This document shows positions 51,728 through 64,000 of a stretch of 64,000 nucleotides of DNA, one piece after another (positions within the stretch are counted from its first letter, which is position 1; each line of letters begins with the position of its first letter). This DNA is from Eledone cirrhosa (lineage: Eukaryota). The translations under genes and the position numbers were made by a program. Where the stretch lies: the NCBI GenBank assembly GCA_964016885.1, contig OZ024741.1, positions 6,510,001 through 6,574,000 of the forward strand, in the 5' to 3' direction. The notes beneath the pieces were generated by a model, which saw only the letters and a program-made list of their open reading frames with translations, did not search any database and was not told the DNA's origin.

Positions 51728-52950
51728 GTGTGTGTGTATATATATATGTATGTATAAAGCAAAAGGTGAAGTTTATGGTTAATCAGTTCATTGTTTTACT
51801 ATTGTTTCAGAAAGTTGATTGATTATGATAAATCGATAGTAGTTATGTAACTCCATATTATTAACCACGAAACTATAGATCGATCTCACGTTAAACAGAC
51901 TAAAATCAAATGTTTGGTGTTAATTTGATGTAAAATATCTTTACATTTAAAAATTGTAAGACTTGGTGTCGTTCTTATTGGTTTTGTTTCTGTTTTCTGC
52001 GAGATTTTCTTCCGAATATTCTAGCTTTAGCCCCAATATCATATTGGTGGCACTCTTTACTGTCAGGTGATGTCCGTGAGGGTGCTTCATTGTTTGTGTC
52101 TTAGCCTCGCCATCACCTCACCTTAATGAGGTGTCAGGTGATGTCTGAGGGTGCTTGGTTGTTTCAGCACCTTAGCCTCGCCATCGAGGAAGAAAGGGAA
52201 AGTTGACCTTGGTGGGACTTGAACTAAGAATGCAGAGAGCTGGGACAAATACTGCCAAACATTTTATCCTACATTCTCTGCCAATTTGCCTGCTCCACCT
52301 AATCAATCTTCTGTAAAACCCAAGTGAGAGCCACAATGAAGTACTTCCCACATATATGGATGAGATAGTACTACAGCTGCACCAATAAACATCCTGTCTG
52401 AACTCCTCCACTGACCCTTGTAGAATTTGGTCTTGGAGTGTAAAGAGCCAGAATAAATACTACAGGTATTTTGTCCTACATTCTTGTAAGTTGCCATCTA
52501 TAGTATTACTTATTGAACTAGTCTCTTGCTATGGTATTACTGGTATTGAGTTTTATCAACCCAAGGAAGGTAAAAGTGAAAATAAAGCCTTATGAGATTT
52601 GAACTCTGTAATAGGTCTGTGATAGTATTTCTTCCATTCCTTCTTGTTTAACCCTGAAGGTAAAACACAATATATTTAAAAGAATTCCTATCTAAATAAA
52701 AAATCTTCCAATATAAAACCTTTTCAGTTACAAATTATAAGACCGAAATGATATTTTTAATAAATCCTTCAAAATTCTTCATTATAAATTAAAATAGTGT
52801 TTATGGGAGCTGACCTCAAATCACTGAGACTGACAGAGGAGATGACAAAGGTTCGTGATGAATAGAGAGATGTTGTACCGAGAAGGACTTATCCAACCCA
52901 TGCAAGCATGGAAAAGAGGATATAAAAACGATGATGATTGTTGTTGTTAT

Positions 52951-54207
52951 CAATACTAAAAGGGTTAAATTGTTGTGGTCATTGTTACTACCAATACTAA
53001 AAGGGTTAAATTGTTGTGGTCATTGTTACTACCAATACTAAAAGGGTTAAATTGTGGTCATTGTTACTACCAATACTAAAAGGGTTAAATTGTGGTCATT
53101 GTTACTACCAATACTAAAAGGGTTAAATTGTGGTCATTGTTACTACCAATACTAAAAGGGTTAAATTGTGGTCATTGTTACTACCAATACTAAAAGGGTT
53201 AAATTGTTGTGGTCATTGTTACTACCAATACTGAAAGGGTTAAATTGTTGTGGTCATTGTTACTACCAATACTGAAAGGGTTAAATTGTGGTCATTGTTA
53301 CTACCAATACTAAAAGGGTTAAATTGTTGTGGTCATTGTTACTACCAATACTGAAAGGGTTAAATTGTGGTCATTGTTACTACCATTACTGAAAGGGTTA
53401 AATTGTTGTGGTCATTGTTACTACCAATACTGAAAGGGTTAAATTGTTGTGGTCATTGTTACTACCAATACTGAAAGGGTTAAATTGTTGTGGTCATTGT
53501 TACTACCAATACTGAAAGGGTTAAATTGTGGTCATTGTTACTACCAATACTGAAAAGGGTTAAATTGTGGTCATTGTTACTACCAATACTGAAAGGGTTA
53601 AATTGTTGTGGTCATTGTTACTACCAATACTGAAAGGGTTAAATTGTTGTGGTCATTGTTACTACCAATACTGAAAGGGTTAAATTGTTGTGGTCATTGT
53701 TACTACCAATACTAAAAGGGTTAAATTGTGGTCATTGTTACTACCAATACTAAAAGGGTTAAATTGTTGTGGTCATTGTTACTACCATTACTGAAAGGGT
53801 TAAATTGTTGTGGTCATCGTTACTACCAATACTGAAAGGGTTAAATTGTGGTCATTGTTACTACCAATACTGAAAGGGTTAAATTGTTGTGGTCATTGTT
53901 ACTACCAATACTGAAAGGGTTAAATTGTTGTGGTCATTGTTACTACCAATACTGAAAGGGTTAAATTGTGGTCATTGTTACTACCAATACTGAAAGGGTT
54001 AAATTGTGGTCATTGTTACTACCAATACTGAAAGGGTTAAATTGTGGTCATTGTTACTACCAATACTGAAAGGGTTAAATTGTAGTGGTCATCGTTACTA
54101 CCAATACTGAAAGGGTTAAATAGTTGTGGTCATTGTTACTACCATTACTGAAAGGGTTAAATTGTTGTGGTCATTGTTACTACCAATACTGAAAGGGTTA
54201 AATTGTT
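52951..54207. repeat. 38/41-bp minisatellite, ~32 copies
   Basis: CAATACT(A/G)AAAGGGTTAAATTG(TTG)TGGTCATTGTTACTAC. Confidence 0.96.
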
Positions 54208-55181
54208 ACGAATACTGAAAAGTAGATGATTTCTCATTGGTAACAGCTGTTACAATACGCCATTGATTTGTCAATGATTATTTGTCTCGGTTCTATTTTG
54301 TAGGTTAGTAGCAGTTTCTCTAGGATGGTACGGAGTCTCCAACATATTAGACAAGCCACATAGATTATGTAAAGTGGTCATGTAGGTGTCACAACAAAAA
54401 GCACCCAGTCCATACTGTAAAGTGGTTGATTGTGTAGGTGTCACAAAAAGCACCCAGTCCATACTGTACAGTGGTTGGTTGTGTAGGTGTCACAACAAAA
54501 AGCACCCAGTCCACACTGTATAGTGGTCATGTAGGTGTCACGACAAAAAGCATCTAGTAAAGTTTTGGTGGGGACAAACTAAGTTGTGTAATGGATTGTT
54601 ATAGTTTTGGTGAAGAAAAGCACTTCCCATTGGTCATATGGTCTCATGGAGGTGGATTCATGTGGTGTGTGGGTGGAGGGAATGAAAATCAGACAGTTAT
54701 TGTGAAGAGGTAGTTTGTAGATTATCATTTAGTGAAGATACAGGGGAGGTTTGAGAATTCTGTAAGGAAGTTATCTCCAGACTAAAGAATAACATGCAAT
54801 GTCTCTCTTAACATTGTCATGTTTTAGGAGAAAATATCAAAAATATAAATTAAGTTTAGTTCAAATGTTTATAGTATCTTTACTACTGGACAGATTCATC
54901 ATCATCATCATTTTACGTCTGCTTTTCCCTGCTTGCAAGGGTGGGACGGGAACTGATTCTGGCTTGATTTTTTTTGCTGGATGCCCTTCCTAACACCAAC
55001 TAGACATTAAATGCAGAATGTTTTGTTAATGTGGTTTTATGCAGATGCAAAGTTGTGAGGGAGGAAGTGGGAGACATTAATGTTGACATAATGTTAGTCA
55101 TTCAATATCCATCTTTCTATGCTAGAATGGCTTAGATGAGTTGTCCCATTGCTCACAGAACTGTTTCTGGCTTTGTTTTTT

Positions 55182-56270
55182 TACAGTGTGGACTGGGTGC
55201 TTTTTGTTGTGACACCTAGACAACCACATTTACATTGTGGACTGGGTGCGTTTTGTAGTGACACCTACACTACCACATTTAGAGTGTGGACTGGGTGCGT
55301 TTTGTAGTGACACCTACACTACCACATTTACAGTGTGGACTGGGTGTTTTTGTAGTGACACCTACACAACCACTTTACAGTGTGGACTGGGTGCTTTTTG
55401 TTGTGACACCTACATAACCACTTTACAGTGTGGACTGGGTGCTTTTTGTTGTGACACCTACATAACCACTTTACAGTGTGGACTGGGTGCTTTTTGTTGT
55501 GACACCTACATAACCACTTTACAGTGTGGACTGGGTGCTTTTTGTTGTGACACGTACACTACCACATTTATAGTGTGGACTGGGTGTTTTTGTAGTGACA
55601 CCTACACAACCACTTTACAGTGTGGACTGGGTGCTTTTTGTTGCGACACCTACACCACCACTTTACAGTGTGGACTGGGTGCTTTTTGTTGTGACACCTA
55701 CATAACCACTTTACAGTGTGGACTGGGTGCTTTTTGTTGTGACACCTACAAGACCACTTTACAGTGTGGACTGGGTGCTTTTTGTTGTGACACCTACATA
55801 ACCACTTTACAGTGTGGACTGGGTGCTTTTTGTTGTGACACGTACACTACCACATTTATAGTGTGGACTGGGTGCTTTTTGTTGTGACACCTACATAACC
55901 ACTTTACAGTGTGGACTGGGTGCTTTTTGTTGTGACACCTACAAGACCACTTTACAGTGTGGACTGGGTGCTTTTTGTTGTGACACCTACATAACCACTT
56001 TACAGTGTGGACTGGGTGCTTTTTGTTGTGACACCTACATGACCACTTTACAGTGTGTACTGGGTGCTTTTTGTTGTGACACCTACATGACCACTTTACA
56101 GTGTGTACTGGGTGCTTTTTGTTGTGACACGTACACTACCACATTTATAGTGTGGACTGGGTGCTTTTTGTTGTGACACCAACTACACAACCACATTTAC
56201 AGTGTGGACTGGGTGCTTTTTGTTGACACCTACGCAACCACGTTACAGTGTGGACTGGGTGCTTTTTGTC
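55182..56270. repeat. 48-bp minisatellite from the RTE/SINE 3' region, ~22 copies
   Basis: CTTTACAGTGTGGACTGGGTGCTTTTTGTTGTGACACCTACATAACCA. Same motif at 2676-2770 and 22473-22565, and inverted at 54370-54555. Confidence 0.94.
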
Positions 56271-56787
56271 ATGTTGCCAAAAAGCACCCAGCCCACTGTA
56301 AATGCAGTTGGCGTTAGGAAGGGCATCCAAAAACCAAACCATAAACAGTTCTGTATGAACAAGTCATGGTCACATGGTCTGACTTATCTCACAATGGGAC
56401 AACCTGTCTAACCCATGCTAGCATAGAAAAATGGACATTAAAAGGTGATGATGATGTTGAAAATGATTAGATGAGTAACCAGGATAAAGCTCTTTCTTGT
56501 TTAGAGTTTTTAAAGGATTTCCTTCAATAAAATATCACCCATTTGGCTTTTGTCCTTCTGAGGCAGATAAAATAAGCAGCTGTGAAAGTACTTGATCTAA
56601 TCAATTATATCTGTCACCAGAATCTGTGGCCGTTGTTGTTGCTGTTGTTGTTTGGCAGAATTGTTAGAACATTGAACAAAATACTTTTCTTTTGATTACA
56701 TTTGTATTTCAACTCCTACTGAGGTCAACTTTGTCTTTCATTCTAAGCAATAATTAATTGTATTTATTATATGTACTTATATTTGTA

Positions 56788-57278
56788 CTAGCTGAGGTAC
56801 CCGGTAATACCCGGGAGTGGGAGTATTCCCAAAGCCTCTCGGACCAAAAATGAAATCAAAATATAGGACAGATAATCAAAAGCGAAGACAAATTCATTTA
56901 CGAAACAATAATACAAACAAATATTGTTGATTGCATTGGTCAGGTGAAAAAATGTTTGTCAGAGAAGTTGAGTGTTGCTAGAAGGAAGAAAATATAACCC
57001 CCATTAAGGTGTCTTAATATCATTGAAATTTGCTGAAATGTTGTGAATAGGCAGCATATCTTGTCATTTAGCTATGGTTTAAATTTCATATAAATCGAAG
57101 GGAAAAAGCTTTCAGCGGGGGTTTGAGCCCCCGGGAACCCTTTGATTAAAATGAAATATACCTAAGAAATCAAATGGGCATGAGCCCCACACACGTGTCA
57201 AGTTTCATGAAGATCGATTTGGTAGTTTTTGAGTTTTAGGTTCACAGACAGACGGAAATTGCCATTTATGTATATAGA
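56788..57278 (-). mobile_element. Non-autonomous Helitron
   Basis: Minus strand A|TCTATATACATAAATGGCAATTTCCGTCTGTCTGTG...CCCGGGTATTACCGGGTACCTCAGCTAG|T. Confidence 0.85.
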
Positions 57279-58171
57279 TATATTATATATGTATTTATAT
57301 TTGTGTTTATATTTCCATTCTGAAAGAATTGTCAACAATTTGTAATGTTATTCATAAAACTGGGAATAAAATGTTTTTACATACAAAAATAAAAAATGCA
57401 ATATTGAATTTAGTTATGGCCCCTTCATCATCATCACTGTTTAACATCCATTTTACCACGCTAGCATGGGTTAAAGGAGTTGTCCTGTTGTGAGACAAGT
57501 CAGGTCAGATGATCATGTCTTGCTCATTCATAACAGCATTAATAAAAATAATACCAGTCAAAGAAGACTATGTCTGATTGTGCAGTTGGGTAACACACAC
57601 ATATATCATTACACCTTAATGTTTATTTTCCATACTTTAATGGGTTGTCATGTGGCTAGATTAGGTGACCATGTCTTACTCATAGACTCTGTTTTGGTCT
57701 TGATTTTCTATGGCTGGATACCCTTCTTAAAGTCAACCAATCTCAGAGTGGACTTGTTGGTTTCATTTCAATTTATTACAAATTTCCAGTTGGTTGGTTC
57801 AATAACCAGATGGCTGTTTATATATTGTCAAAGCTCTTTTGTCTCACATTCTGTGAACTCCTCAGTGACTAATTTATTTTGCCTTTCCTTTTTTCTGTCC
57901 TACACCATCTTGTTTTTGTGTGTTATAAATTGAAGTGAAAACCAACAGGTGCGTGTGTTATTGGTAGCATGACCCTCCCAAAGTATAACAATATCTGTTT
58001 CAGCACACATTTTCATATAAAAAATCTTGCAAAACATAAAAAAAGAAAGTATATATATATATATTATTGTGAACAAAACACGGTGTTCCGACCTGGCTTG
58101 TCTCACGACAGGACAGATGGTCTAACCCATGCTAGCGTGGAAGATGGATGTTGAACAATGATGATGATATT

Positions 58172-58860
58172 ATCATCATTGTTTTTACGTCTGTTTTTCC
58201 ATGCTTGCATGGGTTGGACAGGTCCTTCTCAGCACAGCATCTCTCCACTCACTGCATTCCTTCATCATCTCTGTGACTCTCAGCAATTTGAGGTCAGCTC
58301 TCACCACCTCTGCCTAGGTTTTTCTCAGTCTCTCTACTGCAGCTTCCTTCCACTGGCATTTCCTGGCTCTTCTTCACCCAACAATCATTGACCATGCACA
58401 TCACATGTCCAAACCGACACAGTCTTCTCTCCTGCACACCAATTCCAATTCCCCTTAAACCCAGTTTCTCCCTGGACTCATCCAAGCTCTGCCTCTCTCT
58501 CACACAAATTGGGCATCCAACAAAACATGGCTGCTTCATTTCTCTCCAGTCTATGTATGTCCTCTGCTGTCACAGCCCATGTTTCACTTCCATGCAGCAT
58601 CACACTTCATTCACAGGTATCATCCAGTCATCCTTTTATACATAGGGAGAAACATTTTGTTGTCAACAGTGGGAGTAGCTCTCTAAACATTTTCCTTATT
58701 CTATTCTGAGCACCTGCCTCCATTGCTAATTATGTTACCTGGACAGCAGAAGCTATCAACTACTTCTATGAGTCCTTCCTGTGACTGGAATAGGCTTACA
58801 TCACTGGTTATCTTCCTCTCGGTTACCCCTGTGTATCTTCTACATACAAGTCTTCCCTTC
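58172..58860 (-). mobile_element. Decayed RTE 3' fragment
   Basis: REKLGLRGIGIGVQERRLCRFGHVM; homologous to 17761-18430; abuts an oppositely oriented RTE tail ending ~58170. Confidence 0.8.
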
Positions 58861-58996
58861 TTGTCAGCTTTCTCATACACACGTTAAATGGTATATACAT
58901 GTCACATTATTATTATTATTTGTAATCTAACGGTAATCAATTCAATTAATAATAATGATATTAACAAAAATTATAATTATTTTATCCTTCGTTTAG

Positions 58997-59039
58997 GTCC
59001 ACTGCCAGAAGTGACTTCATATTCTATGCTGATAGATTG
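58997..59039 (+). CDS. UPRT: UPRT next coding exon (43 bp)
   Basis: Acceptor TTATCCTTCGTTTAG|G and donor TTG|GTAAGT. Joins in phase to give K-STARSDFIFYADRL, the conserved DFxFxADRL motif. Confidence 0.9.
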
Positions 59040-59726
59040 GTAAGTTGACGAAACTATTCAAAGGATCTTACACAAGATAGTTTTATTTTCTTAATATTTT
59101 CCGAAACTGGGGGAGGGGAAATTTGATTAAATCGACCTGTGTTTACTGGTACTGTATCAACCCCATAAGGATAAAAGGCAAAGCTAACCTCAGAGAGATT
59201 TGAACCCAGAGTGTAAAGGACCATAACACTGTCACAAAGCATGTTGTCTGATGCTCTACCGATTACAGCCATTTTTTGTTGTCTGTCTTACAATTCAAAT
59301 ATCACAAGATATCTATTTATATCCAGTTTTCGCACTTAACCTGTCTTTTCTCATTTCTGCTTTGTCATCTATTGATAATGTTTTGTGTTATATATTGTTG
59401 TGTTGTTTATTGTTGTTGCTGTTGCCAAGAAATACAACACTAATGATAACCAAACAATGAACCAAATACCGAAGGCCGTCAGGTCTTCAACAAAATTCCT
59501 CTGTGTAGGTACTTGAATGTTGTATGTACATATATCATCACCATCATCATCACCATCATTACCCCCATCACCATCATCATTGTCGTCACCATCACCATCA
59601 CCACCATCATCATCAAGTCTATTTTCGATGCTTGCATGAGTTAGATGGGTTGTGACATACTGAAGCCAGATCAGTCAGATGACCAGGTCCGGCTCATATG
59701 TTTTGTATTGGCTTCGTTGCTACAGT

Positions 59727-61395
59727 TGGTTGTCCTTCCTAACACCAACCACATTAGAGTGTACTGGGTGTATGGTTTCTATGGCTGGATGTCCTTCCTT
59801 ACACCAACCACATTAGAGTGTACTGGGTGTATGGTTTCTATGGCTGGATGTCCTTCCTTACACCAACCACATTAGAGTGTACTGGTGTATGGTTTCTATG
59901 GCTGGATGTCCTTCCTTACACCAACCACATTAGAGTGTACTGGGTGTATGGTTTCTATGGCTGGATGTCCTTCCTTACACCAACCACATTAGAGTGTACT
60001 GGTGTATATGGTTTCTATGGCTGGATGTCCTTCCTAACACCAACCACATTAGAGTGTACTGGGTGTATGGTTTCTATGGCTGGATGTCCTTCCTAACACC
60101 AACCACATTAGAGTGTACTGGGTGTATGGTTTCTATGGCTGGATGTCCTTCCTAACACCAACCACATTAGAGTGTACTGGGTGTATGGTTTCTATGGCTG
60201 GATGTCCTTCCTAACACCAACCACATTAGAGTGTACTGGGTGTATGGTTTCTATGGCTGGATGTCCTTCCTTACACCAACCACATTACAGAGTGTACTGG
60301 GTGTATGGTTTCTATGGCTGGATGTCCTTCCTAACACCAACCACATTAGAGTGTACTGGGTGTATGGTTTCTATGGCTGGATGTCCTTCCTAACACCAAC
60401 CACATTACAGAGTGTACTGGGTATATGGTTTCTATGGCTGGATGTCCTTCCTTACACCAACCACATTACAGAGTGTACTGGGTGTATGGTTTCTATGGCT
60501 GGATGTCCTTCCTAACACCAACCACATTAGAGTGTACTGGGTGTATGGTTTCTATGGCTGGATGTCCTTCCTAACACCAACCACATTACAGAGTGTACTG
60601 GGTGTATGGTTTCTATGGCTGGATGTCCTTCCTTACACCAACCACACTACAGAGTGAACTGGGTGTATGGTTTCTATGGCTGGATGTCCTTCCTTACACC
60701 AACCACATTACAGAGTGTACTGGGTGTATGGTTTCTATGGCTGGATGTCCTTCCTTACACCAACCACACTACAGAGTGTACTGGGTGTATGGTTTCTATG
60801 GCTGGATGTCCTTCCTTACACCAACCACATTACAGAGTGTACTGGGTATATGGTTTCTATGGCTGGATGTCCTTCCTTACACCAACCACACTACAGAGTG
60901 TACTGGGTGTATGGTTTCTATGGCTGGATGTCCTTCCTAACACCTACCACATTACAGAGTGTACTGGGTGTATGGTTTCTATGGCTGGATGTCCTTCCTT
61001 ACACCAACCACATTACAGAGTGTACTGGGTGTATGGTTTCTATGGCTGGATGTCCTTCCTTACACCAACCACATTACAGAGTGTACTGGGTGTATGGTTT
61101 CTATGGCTGGATGTCCTTCCTTACACCAACCACATTAGAGTGTACTGGGTGTATGGTTTCTATGGCTGGATGTCCTTCCTTACACCAACCACACTACAGA
61201 GTGTACTGGGTGTATGGTTCTGTGGCTGGATGTCCTTCCTTACACCAACCACATTACAGAGTGTACTGGGTGTATGGTTTCTATGGCTGGATGTCCTTCC
61301 TAACACCAACTACACCACAGAGTGTACTGGGTGTATGGTTTCTATGGCTCGATGTCCTTCATTACACCAACTACACTACAGAGTATACTGGGAGC
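59727..61395. repeat. 59/61-bp minisatellite from the RTE 3' UTR motif, ~27 copies
   Basis: GGCTGGATGTCCTTCCT(T/A)ACACCAACCACATTA(CA)GAGTGTACTGGGTGTATGGTTTCTAT. Confidence 0.95.
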
Positions 61396-61656
61396 ATTTT
61401 ACCGTGACACCAGCACTCTTACCTTGCTAGGTGCTTTTGTTGTGGCACCAGCACTATCACCTTACTTGAGACTGACTTTAACCCTGTGATGGACTAGTAT
61501 ACTGTCCAAGGGGAAGTTTTGTACTCTCAGTAGCTTCACACCTCAAACGATAAAGACTGACAAGCCTCCTGGTTTGGGACACTTATAATACTACTACTAC
61601 TACTACTTGGTATTGCTTTGTACTCTTAAAGGATATCTTGCTAAGGTAGTTTCATG

Positions 61657-64000
61657 TGTTGAAGACAGAGTTCCCCAGACAATAGTTGAAGACAGTACCT
61701 CAGACAATAGTTGATGACAGAGTACCTCAGACAATAGTTGAAGACAGAGTTCCCCAGACAATAGTTGAAGACAGAGTACCTCAGACAATAGTTGAAGACA
61801 GAGTACCTCAGACAATAGTTGAAGACAGAGTACCTCAGACAATAGTTGAAGACAGAGTACCTCAGACAATAGTTGAAGACAGAGTACCTCAGACAATAGT
61901 TGAAGACAGAGTACCTCAGACAATAGTTGAAGACAGAGTACCCCAGCCAATGAGAGACAGAATACCTCAGACAATTGTTGAAGACAGAGTACCTCAGACA
62001 ATAGTTGAAGACAGAGTACCTCAGACAATAGTTGAAGACAGAATACCTCAGACAATAGTTGAAGACAGAGTACCTCAGACAATAGTTGAAGACAGACTAC
62101 CTCAGACAATAGTTGAAGACAGACTACCTCAGACAATAGTTGAAGACAGACTACCTCAGACAATAGTTGAAGACAGAGTACCTCAGACAATAGTTGAAGA
62201 CAGAGTACCCCAGCCAATGAGAGACAGAATACCTCAGACAATTGTTGAAGACAGAGTACCTCAGACAATAGTTGAAGACAGAGTACCTCAGACAATAGTT
62301 GAAGACAGAGTACCTCAGACAATAGTTGAAGACAGAGTACCTCAGACAATAGTTGAAGACAGAGTACCCCAGCCAATGAGAGACAGAATACCTCAGACAA
62401 TAGTTGAAGACAGAGTACCTCAGACAATAGTTGAAGACAGAGTACCTCAGACAATAGTTGAAGACAGAGTACCTCAGACAATAGTTGAAGACAGTACCTC
62501 AGACAATAGTTGAAGACAGTACCTCAGACAATAGTTGAAGACAGAGTACCTCAGACAATAGTTGAAGACAGAGTACCTCAGACAATAGCTGAAGACAGAG
62601 TACCTCAGACAATAGCTGAAGACAGAGTACCTCAGACAATAGCTGAAGACGGAGTACCCCAGACAATAGTTGAAGACAGAGTACCTCAAACAATAGTTGA
62701 AGACAGCACCTATTGTCCCAAATGCAAAGTATGGGTGCATAAAAGATGTAGTGGGATTACAGGTAAGCTAACTAAGAATATAGATTTTACATGTGGCCGG
62801 TGCTCTGGTGCAATAAGTAGCAGCAAGTGCCCATAGAATACTAGCTGATTCCATTGCACAGATGGTTCTATAGAAATAGTGGACACCTTCCGTTACTTGG
62901 GTGACAAAATCAGCAGTGGTGGAGGGTGCTCTAAAAGTACAGTAGCTAGAGTCAGAACTGGATGGAAAAAGTTCAGAGAGCTTATACCACTATTAGCCGC
63001 TAAAGGGTTCTCTCTAAAAATGAAAGGCAGGCTGTATGATGCCTGCATACGCACAGCAATGTTACATGGCAGGGAGACCCGGGCATTGTGTGCAGAGGAT
63101 ATACGTAGACTGGAGAGGAACGAAGCTTGCATGCTCCGCTGGATGTGTAATGGTAATATACGTGAACGGCAAAGCATAAACGAACTAAGGGAAAAATTAG
63201 AAATAAGAGGGATCAGATGTTGTTTACTCGAGAGAAGACTACGTTGGTAAGGTCACGTGATGCGCATGAAAGACGACAGCTGTATAAAAATGTGCAGGGC
63301 AATAAAAATAGACGGTAGTCACGGAGTAGGAAGACACAGAAAAACCTGGGACGACTTGATAAATTCCGACCCCACACACTTACACCTCTCCAAGACAATG
63401 TCACTGGACCGAGATCTTTGGCGCTACACAGTAATTCACCTAAGTACAAAGTGAAACCTACTACAGTCAGTAGGCACCTCTAACAAAAAAACACCCCTGT
63501 TCCACTACCCCCATTCCATCTACACCACCCCTTTCAATGTAAAGTTATGTTGGTACCACAACATCCAGTCCGAAACAAATGAGGTTTTGTAGGTGTCACG
63601 ACGAAAAAACACACAGTCCACGCTGTAATGTGGCCGTGTAGGTAACACGGTAAAAACCTCCCAGTCCAGACTGTAAACGTGGTTGGTGTTAGGAAGGGCA
63701 TCCAGCCGTAGAAAACCCGCCAGACAGTTCTATGCGAGCAAGACAACCACTCTTGCCTCAAGTGGGAAAACTCCCGTCCAAACCCATGCAAGCGTGGAAG
63801 ATGGACGTTAAACGATGATGATGATGAATAGTTGATGACAGAGTACCTCAGACAATAGTTGAAGACAGAGTACCCCAGCCAATAAGAGACAGAATACCTC
63901 AGACAATTGTTGAAGACAGAGTACCTCAGACAATAGTTGAAGACAGAGTACCTCAGACAATAGTTGAAGACAGAGTACCTCAGACAATAGTTGAAGACAG
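61657..64000. repeat. 27-bp minisatellite (61657-62706 and 63827 to window end), split by an RTE
   Basis: GTTGAAGACAGAGTACCTCAGACAATA, with a recurring variant CCCCAGCCAATGAGAGACAGAATA. Confidence 0.95.
62707..63826 (+). mobile_element. RTE-clade LINE, 5'-truncated inside the PHD finger
   Basis: CPKCKVWVHKRCSG..CGRC, FRYLGDKIS, ERRLRW, 3' UTR and (ATG)n. Apparent 15-bp TSD AATAGTTGA(A/T)GACAG at 62692-62706 / 63827-63841. Confidence 0.92.

Noticed and set aside
61603-62836. Repeat proteins (IVEDRVPQT)n / (SEVLCLQLL)n
   Set aside because: A 27-bp minisatellite open on both strands, with frameshifting units and an RTE insertion.
59040-64000. Third UPRT coding exon (IRLVVEEGL-like)
   Set aside because: Not found by eye; presumably beyond the window end.

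Overview
Repeat-dense eukaryotic genomic DNA, most likely from an octopod cephalopod. That taxon is inferred from the RTE/SINE (ATG)n tails and the repeat families, and was not checked. Only one host gene is supported: the first two coding exons of UPRT (46992-47113 and 58997-59039, + strand), which continues past the window. The rest is mobile or repetitive. 1-11181 is a head-to-tail array of three L1/Tx1-clade elements joined by (TGTC)n: a decayed copy with an inverted 5' segment and a nested RTE, a near-intact 5.6-kb copy, and a ~180-bp mini copy made of a 5' end fused to a 3' end. The window also holds several RTE LINEs with a PHD finger inside the RT, CR1 fragments, a Penelope GIY-YIG fragment, a decayed Pif1 Helitron, two non-autonomous Helitrons, SINEs and MITEs. 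About six minimal type I hammerhead-ribozyme motifs are present, most in inverted repeats. A 12.7-kb compound satellite (constant ~25-bp core separated by variable (TA)n(TG)m) ends ~650 bp upstream of the UPRT ATG, and several minisatellites derive from transposon pieces. All calls are by-eye reading; no searches or folding were run.
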